Notes: generated by a model from the sequence alone, not told the origin. DNA of 54,815 bases, filler included, from Sphacelaria rigidula (GCA_964200075.2; 3 parts of 3 records of this genome joined end to end with filler, not necessarily neighbours in it); one strand, 5' to 3'; positions 1-13,400 are shown, counted from the whole stretch's first letter. Numbers and translations: made by a program.

Positions 1-1179
1 TTTTCTGGCAACCCTGTTGTGGGGCTATCTCACTCTGTCAATAAAACTCTTGGACACTATAAAACTGTCCATCCAAACTGTCCGTACCTTAAACTCTTGG
101 TACTCAACCCTTCAATATTCTGACTCTCTGTATACGAGCTATACAGTATATGAACTATTCATTATTCTGCGACGAATATGTCACACACTGCACTACTTCG
201 GTTATCCCGACGATCTTTTTTCTATCGATGAACCGTTACTGGTTTTCCTGCTAATCTCGAGTATGTACATTCGGAACATTTATTTCTCAACTTCCAACAG
301 CAGGCACCCCAGTGGCCACCCGTGTAGCTTATCATACCTTTTGGATTTTGAAAAAATGTGTGTGCAGCGTGCATCGCATCGCACGTGTTGTCATTCAGTG
401 TGACCTTAGCAAGCTCGCCTTAAGGCTGGGATATGTGTTTTTCGAACCGATTCATCCTGTACGCATGCTGTTCAGCTTGTCCATAGCCTCGAAACGTTCC
501 AAAATGCGGATTGCGTACCGTATCGTGTGCCACCGGCCACCCGTGTGAACTTGTAAGTATACCGTGAAGATTGACCACCTTACATGCAAGTCGAAAACAC
601 GAAAGACACAGCAAGTGCAGATGGAGTAACGCCACCCCGGCATGTGATGTTCTCACGAAGGTTGAGTGTCGTGGTGAGATACGCGGAAAACTCCAAGATT
701 TTCATTGCGCGGTGGACTTCTGGTCAAATAGTTCCCTACAGTTCCCGACATTAGCTCAGGAGTCACATGAAGGGAAGGAGCGGATAATGCATTACATGAA
801 CGTCATGACGTGCACTCATGACTCAAACACACCTTACCAATGACTGATCACATGACCAACACGAAGTAGCATCAAGCGGTACGTAGATATCTTGAGATAT
901 TGAAGGATGGAAGCTAGTGCAAAGTGTGGGGGGATCGTTCGCCAAGTTTTCGGCAGCGGAGGTCTACTCGGGAGCCCTAGTTGAGTAGCAACCCATGGTG
1001 AGACGTACTAGGAGTGGGAGGAAGAAATGATGTACAGGATATCCCGATGTGTGAGTAATTTTTTCTGTTATGTAAGTCGTCCTTGAACCGTACCCGATAA
1101 AAATGACCTTCATGGAGGAAAATAACGGTTGACGAGGGAAAGGGACCGCAGAACCCCCCTCGCGATAAAAACAAGGCAA

Positions 1180-1340
1180 GCACCGCAGAAGGAAGGTGGA
1201 GAGCCGAAACACACTAAAAATGAAAAAGCCCTGTGTTGGCCTTGCTTCTGTGTAGCCCCACCACCTGATGCATCCACATATACCAATTAGGTGTAGACTG
1301 GCGTCCAGGGTAGATGGGATGCCAACACGCACAACACACA
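1180..1340 (+). repeat. Dispersed repeat, probable LINE/SINE 3' end with CA-rich tail (copy 1)
   Basis: Shares GGAAGGTGGAG...CTGATGC..CCACA.ATACC...GGTGTAGACTGGCGTCCA...TAGATGGGATG.CAACAC with 13248-13400. Confidence 0.65.
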
Positions 1341-2414
1341 CGCGATACGAATTTGGATTTCGATTACCTCAATTTCGGGGCTCTAGATGAAGAAGCATTT
1401 CTCGGGAATGAAGGTGGTCCGATCCGATTGCTTACATTCCCCATTACTGTTTTTCACCGAGGACCCCAACATTGTGGTAGTCGTGATCCAAATTTGTATG
1501 GCGTGTAGAAGTTGTCAATAGCCACCAGTAGGTGGAGAAATGCGACCATATTTCGAAGAATTGGTGTGGATACCAAGATTTTCAATTTCTGGGTTATGAC
1601 GGTGAATGAAAAGCTCCATACTCACTTTTGATGATCTATGTGATGAAAGATACGGTCGTGGGACGCCTGGATGGTTTCCTACCATGCAGATCGCTTGGGA
1701 CAAACGTGGAGTACTTTTGTCAAGGACCTTGAACCTAGCTTCAGGCCACGAACCCGTGTTGAAGGCATTATTTAGTGCCGGTGAGCCAGCAAAAGAAGTG
1801 AAATACACCAGACCCCCCAACAAGCACTGGGAGGATATCGCAGTGCCTGAGTGCAGCTCTTTTTCAAACTCAAACCAAACAAGCTGGATTTACTCTCGAA
1901 AGAAATCGAGGGAGAAAGAGAAAAAGAGGCGGTGAGGAAGGGTAGGCAGAGAAATAGAGAGTGGGCGGGTAAAATACTGCTGGTATTTGGTGTCCGTAGC
2001 CATATGGCGAGAATAGAGTTCAACTGAAAATGCGACGAAGTAGGACTATAAAAATGTTTGGTAGAAGTGGAAAGGAACGGAAAACACTCCCAATCAAGCT
2101 AAAACAGAGAGCGAGAAAGAAGTGGGAGAGGACCGAGGCAAATAAGACGTCGGCATGGGTTGGAAGGGTAGGATGAAGAATATATGCACAGCCAATGAAA
2201 TAACGACTCTTAGGTGTAGTCCTGGGACAAACGGTGGGAATGGGAAGCAGCAACAAGTAAATGCCCGAAATAGCGAAGGGAGAGGAAATAGCGGCCAAGA
2301 ACGAACAAACAAGGACCAAACCGGAAACGGGAAAAAACATCAAGTAAGGGGAAGTACAAGTAAAAACGGCCGATAAGTATAGCCGAAAGGAGAGCGAACG
2401 ATGATTGGAAAGGG

Positions 2415-2870
2415 ACCCTGAAAACGACATAGCGGAACCAGTGTGGATTCGTCACGGACAAGCTGAAAAAGTTGAGATAGCCGAACAAGTGAGTAAGTCC
2501 GACCTAAATATAGTGGAAGTCCAGGAGTCATGGGAGAGAGGGGGCGGAAATAGGATGCAAAGTTGAAGATTACGGCTGAATAGGGGTAAAGCGGAAGGGA
2601 CAGAACCTGAAGAACAGGGGCGCGCGGGGAGTAGGATTATTGGTCATGGAATATCCATGTGATGTTATAGAGGGGTGATCAAAGACACAAAATTCGACGA
2701 CAGCGCGATATGGATACGCGTACCAAGAGAGCGGAGAACTTTTTTTTTTTTGTGGGGAGCATTTGCATGCTCCCAGAATCGAGGAGTACGGTGAGCGATA
2801 TGAAGATGAAGTGTAGAGAGAGAGAGCAGCACATGTACCGGAGAATTCTAGAAGACAAGGAAAAATAAAT
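2415..2870 (+). mobile_element. Decayed non-LTR retrotransposon (LINE) APE-type endonuclease fragment
   Basis: Frameshifted translation EIAEQVSKSDLNIVEVQESWE / IGCKVEDYG*IGVKRKGQNLKNRGARGVGLLV / DTKFDDSAIWIRVPRE..VGSICMLPE matches the D(I/V)xxxQE, GVG and IW/IYxPP blocks of LINE endonucleases. It contains stops and frameshifts. The purine-rich upstream region 1900-2415 is probably part of the same element. Confidence 0.7.
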
Positions 2871-5800
2871 ATGAAGTATAATGTTCGGAGTACTTCAAAC
2901 GCCATTTTTCCGCTGCCCTACGTAGTACGCAACGTTTCGTACGCCAGGGAGAGTGTGAGAGCCTTGCGGGGCAGGTTTGGATAGTTTGGCGAACATTGAC
3001 GATGTCAATTTCAAAAGTGGGGCTGGAAAAAGTCTCACGATGAGGTACGGCCCCCTGGCCACCTTTCTCTATGGCCAACAGCGGTAACAGGGTGCCTTCG
3101 GCATTGTCGCCGGGTTCTTAACAGAAGACTATACATACGGTGTCTTGAAACCAACAGCAACACCTGTGAAAGGTGTGGACGTTGGCAATTATTCTCATGG
3201 CTGTATGACTTCAAGGTGATTGATGCATGTATGCGACTTACATAACATACTACAACATGTTGATGAAGTCTACCGATCGAGTCTGGCGGTGATTCATGAA
3301 GCAGTGCAGTGTTGTTGCTGCTACTGTATACTCCTACTGCTGTTGCCGACATTTGACTTCTTTTATATGGCCCTTTCTCATCTCGTGGCAGATGTAGCGG
3401 AGCTCCGTTTCTAGGACCCGTTGCTGCTAGTTATTGAAAACCAAACCCAGTTTCGTGACGGTAACGGTACGGGATTGGAACTGAAGAAGCTCGTGGGTGT
3501 TACATCTACATCGCATCCCCATCAAACTTACCCCAAGCTTGAACAAACGAAGATCCAAAGTGGTCGGGGACGTCGGGGGTAGCTACTCTGTGAGACCCTA
3601 CAGTTCATCGTCAGCCATAATGATAATGCGTCTTCTGTAGCAGCTGTGTGAGCCAGTGAACCACGTATGACCTATCTATGATGTGATGCGAACGTGATGC
3701 AGAAGGTATACAATAACAGTATACCCGTGTTTCCCGTGTTTACAAGGTTTTATGACCAACGGGAACATACATTTTCCGGGATCGAATGTGATCGCTACAG
3801 CACAATCATAACCTCATCTCTATGCAAACAACGTGCGTCTGGCGACGCATTCGCATATGCAGGTGGGCTAAATTCGGGCTACTTGTTCTTCCCCATGTTC
3901 CTCTAGTGTGTCTTGATCTTGCTTCGCACCTGTGCCACTTTAGCTTTGGCATACACCGTACGGATACTATCGTATAAGCGCTCCTGACTTTGCTCACTGA
4001 ACAACGCGCGGCCTCAGCAGATACTCTGTACTAGTGTACCGGGCAACTGCATTTGCCTTGTGTGGATTCTACTTTGGATATGAGATTACTGATATTGCAG
4101 TCCAATCCCTGACATGATGGATTCGTGTACGTTCGTCGATAGCTATTCAAAGGTGACTATTCGGGGGCATGCCGCGCTATGCAAGGCCACCCCTTCGAGA
4201 TTTCCGAAGTCAGTTCCTACATCAGGAAGCTCATGAAGCGCCCGAAATTTGCCAGGTGACACATAATATACAGTAGAATATAAACAAAACTGTAGAATAT
4301 AAACAATATTGGTGAGGTTGGATTTGAGCGGGGGGTTTATGATAACGCAAGGGACGAGACGATAGCTGTCCCCGGAGGATGCTTTGCACCGTGTATTGGG
4401 GGGTGGTATCCACCATTGTGGCTAATACCATCCAAATGGCAATACGTTTGGATGACATGACAGTTTTTTCGGGATGCTTGAGCTACATTCTCCTTTGATG
4501 TGAAGCATATTTCCGTATCCGGTGATGTAATGTACGCATCCCCCCAATATCAATTGTCACACGGGTGGTATCTACCGTTTGGGCCCGTTACACACGAATG
4601 GCCATACACCTGAGCAAACAAGCACATCGACAGAACATATAAACAATAAAGTATTTGTCCCCGCCTCTCCATCCTTCCTTGCCCAGGGATGGCATCGCCC
4701 TAGCCCCATCCGAGACTTTTTTATTTTTCACTTTTTCACAAGCCACAGCGGCATTTGCACACGAATGGCGATGCCACCGAACACGCGGGGGGGCATCGTT
4801 AGGATGTGTCCACCACATGATATTCCCTTTTATCCCGCTATACCCTTTCCGAGGGATGAAATCAACGCATGCCCTCCTCAACGGAAAGGGCGTGTTATCC
4901 GAGGTTTGAGCCATTTGCGGCCGGACGAGAATGAATCTGAACACTCGACCGGTACTAATTGAAAACGTACAATTTACCCTCATTAATGATACATGTCGGT
5001 TCTCTTGAGGTTGAGACACCCCGGCGAAGATATTGTTCCATCCCCTCTCTACTACTGTTGAACTTGTACTCAAAATTTACACACTTCCACTATAGGACAA
5101 TGCGGAACTTCGGAGAACGGTGGTTCTCGATTTTTTTCGCAGGTTATCGGGGGTTCCCGGGATCCTGGGGAATCATCTGCCCCCCACGTGCTGTTCTGGG
5201 ACCCCCGATCACCGACGAAATGAAAAAATCAAGAAAGTCTGTTCCTCGAAAGTTTCGTAATGCCCCACACTAAGTGTGTGCAAACATTTAGTCAAACCCC
5301 AAGATGCGGCGTGAGACGTGCGCCTTTGTGCGATGAAGTGAGCTCGAAAGGTCGAAATTCCGGACAACTTGACCTAGTATCGAAACCACTCTTGGGGTAG
5401 GTTTGGCTGTAAACGACCTTCCATACATCAGGTTTCTGAGTTACGCGACGGAATTTCGTGCAAAGTGTTTCCTGGACTACCGCAGGACGTATACACTCTT
5501 GATGTTTCAATTTGAGGCGTGAACACACCCCGGAAACAGGGAACAAGCGGAGAATCTTTTATTTGATTTCAAAAATGTTTCACTCGGAGCACCAGTACTT
5601 GCCGAACTGCCACGTTTGAGGGCGATCGGAGCTTTTCTACGAAATATGTAAGGGAAACCGTCAGGAGGCTTTCGGGGTCTTCGGCGTATATCGTCAGTGA
5701 AAGTCCGACAACGCCAAAACCGAACGTCACGGAAACATCACCGCGTAGGGTTTTACCCGATCCCATCATAACCGTTTTTCAAATATATATTTTCCCGCTA

Positions 5801-6489
5801 GATTTCCGACCTGATTATGGTTGCAGTGATTTGAAGCGTATGGAGATTGGGTAGGAATTTGGTTGAGAGTTCGTGTTTTCATTTCAGAACAATTTGAAGA
5901 ATACTGATTGGTCGAGGCACCTTTTAACCCTTAGCGCAACCCTGATCGCCTCCAGCGATAACCCGGCTATGTCACACTCATCACCTGTCCATGACGGTTA
6001 GCATGGTACGATGCATGCGACTATTGGGCACGTGTTACAGGATTTATCTGCTGAGGACACCATTTTTGGTGATGAGCGTGAACCAGCCTGTGACGACACT
6101 ACTGCACAGATATTGCAATCAGTACTGTACTACAGGACAGAGCAGGACAGAAGGACGTGCAGTACAACTACACGAATATTGATCTTACTAAGTATTTTGT
6201 ATGTACAGTATTGTATGGTTCTATGCTTTAGTTTACTGACTGCATTGTCTGTACTGTAGATTACATGTGCCTCGCGCTGTCGACACTTTATACCCGCGTA
6301 TTTGCTGAGATAACTTCCTCGATTTTTGGATAGAGTTCGAGCTTGTGCTCAATTCCACTCAACAATTGAGTATAGAGCTTTGAGATTATACCCAATCTAC
6401 CCGAAACCCGTAGAGTACATACCCGGGTATTGTTCCCGGGGACTCAAAGTACAGACCCACTGGACCTTTCCTTGCGGATTTTTGTCGAT

Positions 6490-6850
6490 GGGTCGCTCCA
6501 TGCCGTCAATTGACTCAAAAGCTTATCGCAGCTTACAGTGCGAATCTCGCGCCACTCGATGCAATTTTCTGTAGGCAAGGTGATTTTCGTGAGTTTTCTC
6601 ATGTCTTTCGAGTAGCTATCGTCTTCTGCGCATGTATATATTGACCTCGCGATCTCAGACAACCGGACCAGCGCCAAACCGCCGCAGATCCTAAAATAAA
6701 TACGATCCCGTTAGGTCATATTTATTTCGGTGGGTCACCCCTCGATCGACTGATTCCCAAAAGCTGATCTCAGCCCACGATGCGAATCTCGCGCCACTTG
6801 ATGCACCTTTCTTTAGGTAAGATGGTTCCGTGAGCTACGTTGTGTCTTCT
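6490..6850 (+). repeat. Diverged direct repeat (~120-bp homologous block, ~242-bp offset)
   Basis: TGCGAATCTCGCGCCACT at 6539 and 6781, with similar flanks on both sides. Confidence 0.7.
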
Positions 6851-7381
6851 AAGCCCCTAGCATCTCCTGCTGTACGCGAGAATCGATTTTGCGCCCTCAG
6901 ACTGAATCTGCCGTAAATGTTGACTTACATACGAAACTATTGGAATTGGGTCACCTTGCGTTCCGCAGATTAAGCCGTTGGGAACCCTTTTACGACTTCT
7001 GTTGTTGTGTGAATCGGCATCATTTTGACTTGAAAATGACTGAAAATGAGTGACTGAAAATGATGCCGATTCACAAAAATAAAAATCGTCCATGGGTTTC
7101 AAACGGGTTGAGCTTCAAGCGCACCTGTTGTAGGCCCTAAAGGAAATTTGACGTCATCACGGATGGTTTGGCCGGCATGTACGGCTTTTGCAGCCCTTCA
7201 GGACGTTTAGGAACACCAGGTACTCCCTACAAGCCTGGAAGCCCTTCGGGTCGCTTGAGCGTTACCCAACCCGGGCCCGAATGCGCCGTTACCTTTGCCG
7301 GTAGGACGTGTTGACCGTAATCGAATATACTCACACTCAAGTATGATATACATGGTTGATTGGATTTGCCTGGAGTATGTT

Positions 7382-7429
7382 TGTACCTCGGTTGAGGATC
7401 GGGTATGTACCTCGGTTGAGGATCGGGTA
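7382..7429 (+). repeat. Perfect 24-bp tandem duplication
   Basis: (TGTACCTCGGTTGAGGATCGGGTA)x2. Confidence 0.9.
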
Positions 7430-8559
7430 TAAACGGTCAGCAAGTGCAGGTACTGTTTGCGACGGTTAAATTCGGCGGAAAATGAGAATATATCTGATGA
7501 GACACATGATAATTCCTGGTGTAGGCACGGTGGCTTGTGGTGTGTAGCAACAACCACGATTATGGTACTTTGTGTGTCCATGTAAGATTATGGTGTTTGA
7601 CGCAATTATAGGTTGTGTGGTTATGTTGCGCTCGTGTGATTGATGGCTGGGAAGGGAGATGAGTTTTGCCGATTTGCGCGGTTGGGTTTCCCCACAGTAT
7701 TCAGTTGTTGTGTTCGTCCCAGTCCGTTCCAGTCTGTTCCAGTTCGTCAATATATAATATGCATCAATGAATAAATATACATCAAGGATTCTGCCTACGG
7801 GCTTCTACCCGATTGACCCCCTCTGCGCCATCGTCGAGGTCCTCCCGGAGTGCCTGGATTCACGTGCATTCAATTAGACCGAGATGCACTTTTCTTTCGC
7901 TGCGTGTGTACTCGGCCGGTGTGCAGTGTGTTGAGCTTACATATATATCATGACATGATGCAGCGTGCCTTCTTTTCTTACTGTTTACTGTTGGCACGGA
8001 TCGTTGAACTTTTTGACTGGAACGCATTTTCTTTCTTCGCTGCATAGTGCGGCACTACGCCTTTGTTTACTGTTGTTGGCAAGACCCCTTCATGTTGTTG
8101 TGTGCGTCCGTTCGTCCATTGATTGCTCTTTCCTCCGTGCTCGTCGCTGATTGGATATATTTATGCGTGTTCCCCCTATACTGAATGATTATATATATTT
8201 GCCTTATCTATCAGTACTCAGCCGAAACTGTTTGATCGTTCCACGCCACCTTGCCCTCCCGAATGTGTGGCTTTGAGGCTAGGGTTGAAAATCCATGGCT
8301 CAAGGCCAATTTTAATGGTACACAATCAGAATTATGATTGTGGCCGACTTTGATTGTCTTTTTCAACCTCCGCGATTTTGAGAGAAGGAAGGTAGGCATG
8401 TTTCTGGCGCAAGATCGAAAGTGAGTAGTTGTTCTCCTAAGCAACAGCACCCAGAGAAGACGTAACAGCTGCGCAGCCATCACTTGATTTCTTCGACTTC
8501 GGATAGATAGACAGCACTTTTTCCCCATCTAAACTCTGTTCAGACCGGAACACAGCACC

Positions 8560-9010
8560 AGCACAGCAACTCGGGCAATCTCCCACGCAGATCAAACGGT
8601 GCTGGTGTTCGCAAGGATTACACGCACCACAGTACAGCGAAAAATACAGCACAGTAAAGATGGGCGTGGGCACGAATCGCCTTCTCGTTTTACACGATAC
8701 ACGGCAGCTAACACACCATGACGTTTTCAACATTGTGGATACAGCACTGCGTGCCGGCGACACTTTTTGTACAGACCGGGACACGCGAAGAGGACAGCAG
8801 TTCAGGCGATCCCCAGCACAGGTCGAATCATCGCAGTTTTTTTACGCACCACACTACAGTGTTAGCTACCGCACAGGATTGATGGGTCTAGGCACGAAGC
8901 GTCTTGTCTGTTGCGAAAGACGCTACGTCCAACAAACACATCATGGCGTTTTCAACTCTGACAAAACAGCACTTCATGCTAACAACGATTAATTTATACA
9001 GAGCAGAGAC
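8560..9010. repeat. Diverged tandem repeat, ~225-bp period
   Basis: CATG(A/G)CGTTTTCAAC at 8717 and 8942. The ACGCACCACA, GATGGG..GGCACGAA and ACAGCACT anchors also recur at a similar offset. Confidence 0.7.
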
Positions 9011-10744
9011 CAAACGGTCTCGGCAAGGACTAAAGACATCACGTACAGTGCCAACTGTAGCACATGAGAGAGGGCGTGAATGTGTTTGTGCTGCAACACA
9101 GTAGATCGTATGTCGCATAGCTGAGTCCTTCAACCGGTTTTGAAAAGCTCCCCAACGTTGGTCGAGCGTTCAGAATGGGGGGCCCTTTTTGATCAGAAGC
9201 TCGACCCTTGACTAGGCCCTGACAAATAAATAAGGCACGTCGTAGGCGTACTCGGCATGCGCAGCAAGGCCCGACGCAGACAAAAAGCAAGGGGTGATTC
9301 AACTTGTACGCTTGGTGACGCAGGCATTTGCCTTGTACGTCCCCTTATGCCTTGGGTGCCTCGCTTCATGCCGCAGATGTTTTTTGGACAAGGCAACGTC
9401 GCCCAGGAATTTCCTTACACTTGCCTTACTTTATGTTTCACCTTTTATGCATACTTTAGTAGCAGACGGCACGGCGGTACGGTTCAACAATCAACGTCAA
9501 TAAGCAAGCGTGTTGTATGCGCGCACCAGCGGAACAGTTTGTTTATGTGTGAAGACCAGAAAATCGGAGTGCAGCAGTGCAGGAGCAAGGACAGTGCGAC
9601 TTTGCATGTAGCGGAGGGGAAATATGGCGTCGCCTGGTCGTCCTGTCTTCCATAGCGTTAGATTGGCCTCTCTCCTTTCTTGTCTCGCCCGACTGACTCG
9701 CACTGAACGCCACCTAGAAAAACCGGTTCAAGCGAAAGAGCACACACACTGCTGGTGATGCTTTTAGTATGACACAAGCACAGCTGCGAGCGCAACGAAG
9801 CTGGCTGACAAAACGTAGATAAAAGATATTTTATATTGTGCGATAAGAGTAGGGCGATAAGAATGGGCAGGAAGGAGGAGAAAAAGGACACTTTCGCGTG
9901 AGGAACTACCGTGTTCTTCTCTCGCATTCTACTGATTTACCGGTCAGCTCTTGGCACTGCCGAAGCACTAGATGACAGCGCAATGCAATTGTAGGTTACG
10001 GAGGTCATAGACGGGACGGGTACGGCGATCACAGGCGCAGGTTATGTCGCTGCTACCACAGGCACAGGTTGCGCGGCGCTGGCAGGGCGGGAGCACTTGA
10101 ACCAGCTTGTCGCGGGGCGCTGCGGAAGTTGAACTACTCCCTTGGGCGTACATGATGGTGTTCAGCTCCCGGTTGTAGGGGTATCGTATGTCGTGGCATC
10201 CCACCCTGCATTCTACAGTATTGTCATAGTTTGCAGCGTGAAGTGTGCAGAATTACCTCGGAAGAGGGGTTCCGTAGGTGGAGATCATCTCCCCTATGCC
10301 CCACAGGGTACTTGTGCCCCCTAGCCCCCGGTTTTAGGGAGCTATCGTGTAACGGCCTTGGTTAATGCTCACCCCTGTATGGCTTGGGGTTATAGGAGCG
10401 TTTCGAGCAACAAACGCCGCATCCCTTTATGAAAAGGGGCTCTGAGGCAAAAAGTAAGGAGTGTCTCCTTCATGAGGGCCTGATCTTGACCAATATCCCA
10501 AATCTTGGGGGTCACTATTATTCGAAATCGCCACTGATTTGTTCCATAATAAATATTTTTCACGTTTCGGTCAAAAGTCGGGCGTTATTTTGATGTTAAA
10601 TGGATCCTGTAAGAGTGGGTCCCATCTCGTCCTACAGCAACATGGCAGAAAAAGAAGTGCAGCTTGAGATTAACAACGACAAAGAAATTCTTCGGATTGA
10701 TATGGCCGAGTGTGTAGATCCGTAGGAGTTGCAATTGGCAAGCC

Positions 10745-10880
10745 GGTGGCCGCGGTGGCTCAGTTGGTAACCTCGAAACCCTCTGACGGTTGGGTCCCGG
10801 GATCGGATCTCGGTGCAGTCAAACAATCTGGGAATTTTCTCACATCGTGCCCAAGAGTGGAGAGCGACTATGTCATGGGC
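10745..10880 (+). mobile_element. tRNA-derived SINE-like repeat
   Basis: A-box-like GGTGGCTCAGTTGG and a degenerate B-box GGGATCGGATCTC, with no complete cloverleaf. A homologous copy (same CTCAGTTGGTAACCTCGAAAC..TCTGACGGTTG and TCTGGGA.TTTT.CTCACA) lies at 36615-36707 (-). Confidence 0.7.
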
Positions 10881-10891
10881 CCAGCCAATTC

Positions 10892-11466
10892 CAAGATTTT
10901 GTTGTTCAGGGTACGGGTATGTTCTGTAGGGTATGAGATTCCTTTCAGAACTTACACAAATATCGGGTCCTTGTATGAACGTCTTGCAGAAATTACAAAA
11001 CTGTCGGTACCGGTTTGGAAGTCCTACAAAAGTTGCAGAACTCTTCGGGTAGGATCTGGAAGGCTTGCAGAAAACCGTGTCGGCAATCGGGTATTTCCTG
11101 AGGGCATACCCGCGCTTCGGGTACGGCTATACATTCTGTACAGAACTCACAGAACTGTCGGGTAAGGGAATGGGAGACTTACAGAACTCACAAAAACTGT
11201 CGGGTAGGGGAATTTATGTTGCACAGAAAACCGTACCCGCAACTGGATATCTTATCAGAGCATACCCGTGCCCCCGGTATCGGTACGAGAGGCTTACAAA
11301 ACTCACTGAAGTGTCGGGTAAGGATATGAAAGTCTCACAGAGTTTACAGAGCTGTCAAGTACCGGTATGAAAGTCTGACAGAAGTCACAGAACTGTCGGG
11401 TACGGTAAATACCTAAACAAATACCCCGGGTATACAGAAAACCGCACCCTACAGAACACAACCGTG
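10892..11466 (+). mobile_element. Non-autonomous TIR element (MITE-like) filled with ~36-40-bp degenerate tandem units
   Basis: Unit ~ACAGAACTCACAGAACTGTCGGGTA.GGGTATGGAAGTCTT. The left end CAAGATTTTGTTGTTCAGGGTACGGGTATGTTCTGT is an imperfect reverse complement of the right end ACAGAAAACCGCACCCTACAGAACACAACCGTG. Confidence 0.65.
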
Positions 11467-12800
11467 GTATCATCATCCCTGTGGTGGGACCTACGTCACT
11501 ACAGTGGCGAACTACAGATGATCGTTAACGAACACTCTAAACGGCACCACGGGGTCGACAGAGAAAGACCACACGAACACCCGCAGCAGTACATGTGCAC
11601 GGGATCGTCAATATCTGTCGGCTCCACGTACACTCCCAGAGAATACATGAAGGAGCTTTCACAGATGCCTGTTCTCTGGAAGCACTCCGGCACCACGAAC
11701 TCGTCGACGGCCTTGACGACTTCCGGTGGCAGCTGATGCTCTTTGTCGTGTATTTTATGTCGATAATGGCCCACCATCAACGACGATGATCTGCGTCTTG
11801 CTACTTGGTCCGCCTGGGGGCGCAGATGAACCGCCCCCGCTCGAGCCACCACGCGAGTCTGGCGGTGATCCATCCTGACGGTCTGCAGTGCTGCTCATGT
11901 TTCGTGTTTCCACTCCGTAGTACCTCGTAACCCGTCATGTTCCAAGCTAATGAATTTTCCAACTCTGGATTTTTGTTGGTGCAGTAGTTTTGAATGAAGG
12001 GGTGGGATGGGTTGATTGATGGGAGGTACATGCCCAGGCCATGATATTGTGTTTCGATGGAACCTATATCCTTACTTCCCCAAGATGTATGCCTGTTTCG
12101 TACCTGCAGTCAGGTACATGTGCAACGGTACACCCTAACCCGGGTAGGAGTATGGGAGGCATACAGAGCTCACAGAACTGTCGGGTACCGGTACGAGCTG
12201 GGCGAGCAGTGAATCCCGCATTCGCTTTCCACACCACAACTCCTCAAGCTTTCCATATCAGCGCGACTGGAGCATCTCGCTGTGAGGTGCAGACCAATCT
12301 AGTACACACGGCACCGCCGCTGAATGAAAAAAAACAATGAAAAATATGTACTACATAATAAATGAACTTGATGGGGGACAAAAAAAACAGAGAATCTGTC
12401 GGGATTCAAACTCATGACCTTCATAATAGGAGTCTCCGGTATCACTTGAATTAGAGGGGTGCGACCGTGTCACACGAAAAGTGCGGCATGCGGCGCCCAA
12501 TTTAAGGTATTCTTGGCTGAAACTTTACCAGAATGTCGTTGACGCAAGTGCTCACGTGTGTTGCAGTGTTGTCGTTTCATCGACTCTTAACGAAGTTATA
12601 GCATTTTTACGTTTTTTGCTGAGACTTCAACTCGCTCTAACTTCCTCTTTTCTTTTTTTTCCTCCTCTACTCGATCCACTATTAGGGTTGCGCGGCTTGA
12701 TGATAAAAATGGTCAAAATTTCAGCACCTCACTCTTCGAATTGCCAATCGCATCTCCACTCTTCACTCAAAACTCACTGTCAGTTGGCCCAGCTCGTACT

Positions 12801-13213
12801 GTATGAAAGTCTTACAGAAGTTGCAGAACTCTCAGGTAGGGAAGGGGAGGCTTACAGAAAACTATACCGGCAATTGTGCATTTCTTCAAGGGTATATCCG
12901 TGCTCCGCGCACGGGTATACATTCTGTACAGAACTCACAGAACTATCGGGTGAAGTTATGGGAAGCTTTCAGAGCTCACAGAAACTGTCGGGGAGGGTAT
13001 GGAAGTTGCACAGAAAAGTATATCCGTGACTGGGTACCTTATCCAGAGCACACCCGTGCCCCCCGTGACGGTACGGGAGGCTAGTATAACTCATAGAACT
13101 ATCGGGTGAAGGTATGGAAGTCTTTCAGAAGTTAGAGGACTGTCGGGTACGGTAAAAACCCAGGAAATTACGCCGGGTATACAGAAAACCGTACCGTACA
13201 GAACACAACCTTG
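12801..13213 (+). mobile_element. Second copy (right portion) of the same tandem-array TIR element
   Basis: Same units and same terminus CCGGGTATACAGAAAACCGTACCGTACAGAACACAACCTTG. A further partial unit block lies at ~12140-12197. Confidence 0.7.
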
Positions 13214-13247
13214 CAAAATTCGACTCCACGGTCGATGGGGGAAAAGA

Positions 13248-13400
13248 ACCGCCGCAGGAGGAAGGTGGAGTACTAAAACATGAACAAAAAAGTACTTTGG
13301 GGTTGGTCTTCCCACTGCGTGACGCCGGCTGATGCGCCCACAGATACCGAATGGTGTAGACTGGCGTCCACAATAGATGGGATGACAACACAACAACAAA
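13248..13400 (+). repeat. Dispersed repeat, probable LINE/SINE 3' end with CA-rich tail (copy 2)
   Basis: Colinear similarity to 1180-1340; ends in CAACACAACAACAAA. Confidence 0.65.

Noticed and set aside
1345..1935. Coding-like fragment (ORFs 1314-1508, 1606-1935)
   Set aside because: It is broken by stops with no recognisable motif, so I cannot support a call.
10745..10820. Functional tRNA gene (also 36630-36707)
   Set aside because: The A/B boxes are present, but I cannot fold convincing acceptor and anticodon stems, and homology extends beyond the tRNA-like head.
12481..13029. 182-aa ORF, and similar ORFs at 10710-11370
   Set aside because: These are chance open frames through tandem-repeat DNA with no domain.
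10892..13213. CRISPR array
   Set aside because: The units are degenerate and contiguous with no unique spacers, there are no cas genes, and the context is eukaryotic.
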